This document shows positions 62,551 to 64,000 of a stretch of 64,000 nucleotides of DNA, piece after piece. The notes under the pieces were generated by a model. The model saw only the letters and a program-made list of their open reading frames with translations, did no database searches and was not told the origin of the DNA. The translations under genes were made by a program, and so were the position numbers. Origin of the DNA: Pristiophorus japonicus (lineage: Eukaryota); NCBI RefSeq assembly GCF_044704955.1, contig NW_027251778.1, forward strand, positions 496,001 to 560,000, written 5' to 3'. Each line of letters starts with the position of its first letter. The first letter of the stretch is position 1.

Positions 62551-63081
62551 CTATTGTGAACCATATTCTGGACACTGTCCCTGCAGAGATAGAACACATA
62601 CGGTCAGTGTTTAGAAAATTATTTTACTTGCTTTCCAACTTCTTTAAATTCGTTTTTTTACTATCGTTCTGCCTTTCTATCTCTCTTCATTTTTTCATTC
62701 TTTCTTTCCTACTCTTTTACCTGCTTACATTCTTTAATTCTTTCCTTCTGTCTTTCTTTCTATCTCCCTTTCTTTCTATCTCATTTCTCTACGCCCTACT
62801 CTATAAAACACATAGTTAAGCTGTAAAGACCTCTGAGAGGTTCACCCCTCAGCCTTCTCTTTTCTGGACACAACAGCCCCAGCCTGTTAAGCTTTTCCTG
62901 AAAGGTTGAAGCTCTCAATTCTGGTGTTATCCCTGTTAATCATTCTTTGCCCGTTCTCCAGTGCCTCTACATCAAATTTCTCACTTTAACTCGAACCCGT
63001 CTCTGCTTGTCAAAACCACATTCGCTCTGCAGAATAAACGCGACAGGGCTCACCATCCACAGGTGTTTCCTGCCATGGTGT

Positions 63082-63120
63082 GGTTTGTGTCTAGCCCCTC
63101 CATCTCCCTGAGTCACTGTG
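63082..63120 (-). other. 23-RSS of V22
   Basis: CACAGTG-23-ACACAAACC. Confidence 0.95.
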
Positions 63121-63416
63121 CAGACTCCAGGTGCAGTAATACACGGCCGCCTGATCCGCCCGCAGGCCGGAGGTCTCCAGATAGAAGTGGCTGTTGTCGG
63201 GTCTCCTGGCCGTGAATCCGTCCACCTCACCGGAGGGAGTGACCGTTCCGGGGACGATGGAGTAGAAAAGGTTCTGAGGCTCCAGGTCAGGATGCCACCG
63301 GTACCAGTAGAAATAGCTAGTTTCTGCTTCTGTGTAAAGGCACTCGATGCTAACCGGAGTGCCCGGGGAATTGGATATGGAAGCGGGGGTCTGTTGGATC
63401 AGCACGGCCCCCACAT
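63121..63416 (-). CDS. TRBV: V22: TRBV family B V exon (leader expected just beyond the window end)
   Basis: Open V exon ending YYCTWS; the B-type intron runs to 64000. Confidence 0.85.
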
Positions 63417-63769
63417 CTGTAAAACGGAGAAAGAGAGAGAGTTAGAGATAGAGATAAACCGAAGGGGTAATTACATAAAAACACCCGCCATGAAGCGGCA
63501 GAGGAGGGTAGAGAGAGTGAGGGAGAGCGCGGACGAGAGAGACAGAGAGACAGAGCGAGATGGAGAGAGCGAGAGAGGGAGGGAGTGAGACAGCGGAACG
63601 GACAGAGAGAGAGAGAGCGGCAATGACAGAGAGATAATGAGATACAGAGAGAGAGAGATACACCGAGCGACTATCTACACATCACCGGAGGATGAGACTT
63701 GCACATGAGGAGAGAGCGATAGAAATGAGAAAGTGAGATGGACAGAGAGAGAGAGACGGAGACAGAGAC

Positions 63770-63805
<36 letters not shown>

Positions 63806-64000
63806 AGACAAGGGAAATATAAATGGAAAGTCAGGCATTAAGACATAAAGAGAGAGAGTGGGATTGGGAGACAGAGAGAGGGAGACAGACAGACAGAGAA
63901 CACACTATAAACCGAAGGGGAGAGAATCTATAGATTGCCCGCGCTGTGAAGGGACACACGGGGAAATTAAAGTGAGTATCGCTGGGATCTCACCGCTCAG

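Noticed and set aside
3209-63416. Assignment as IgH, IgNAR, NAR-TCR or light-chain V genes
   Set aside because: No D, J or C cassette follows each V as in shark Ig clusters, and no octamer promoter was noticed. The CAWS/CATS ends and 23-RSS fit TCR beta. A search is still needed for formal confirmation
3206-63588. Recurrent plus-strand ORFs (MQTPGAVIHGRLI..., MPLHLIS...)
   Set aside because: Antisense shadows of duplicated V exons and flanks, with non-ATG starts and variable stops
1-64000. Germline-joined V(D)J genes or RAG-made deletion junctions
   Set aside because: Every complete V keeps its RSS, and the deletion junctions found (about 4075, 33291, 46781, 62108) are not at heptamer borders

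Overview
Vertebrate genomic DNA, most likely from a cartilaginous fish (inferred from the abundant CR1-type LINEs and the V-gene style). It holds part of a germline T-cell receptor beta variable (TRBV) array. I find 21 complete V exons, one half V exon and one orphan leader exon. All lie on the minus strand, and each complete V is followed by a 23-bp-spacer RSS. No D, J or C segments are visible. There are four families. Family A has 10 copies (SQTIRQTP..., strongly resembling mammalian TRBV30). Family B has 9 copies plus one fragment (AVLIQQTP...WYRW). Family C is one pseudogene and family D is one conventional Vbeta. The array is built from duplicated cassettes: promoter, leader, intron, V, RSS, 3' flank, and in the long-flank cassettes a CR1 fragment and a 43-bp minisatellite. 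Five observations stand out. (1) A tandem expansion of TRBV30-like genes. (2) Families A and B share a near-identical FR3-end/RSS module and swap 3' flanks. (3) Co-oriented CTCF-like motifs sit about 0.3-0.8 kb beyond most RSSs, in three non-homologous flank types. (4) Family-A promoters carry variable-copy arrays of TGATTGACAG (PBX-MEIS/PREP-type) and CCAAT motifs. (5) A hairpin minisatellite has grown from a LINE 3' tail. Many N gaps fall in GA/CT tracts, so some copy arrangements need long-read confirmation.
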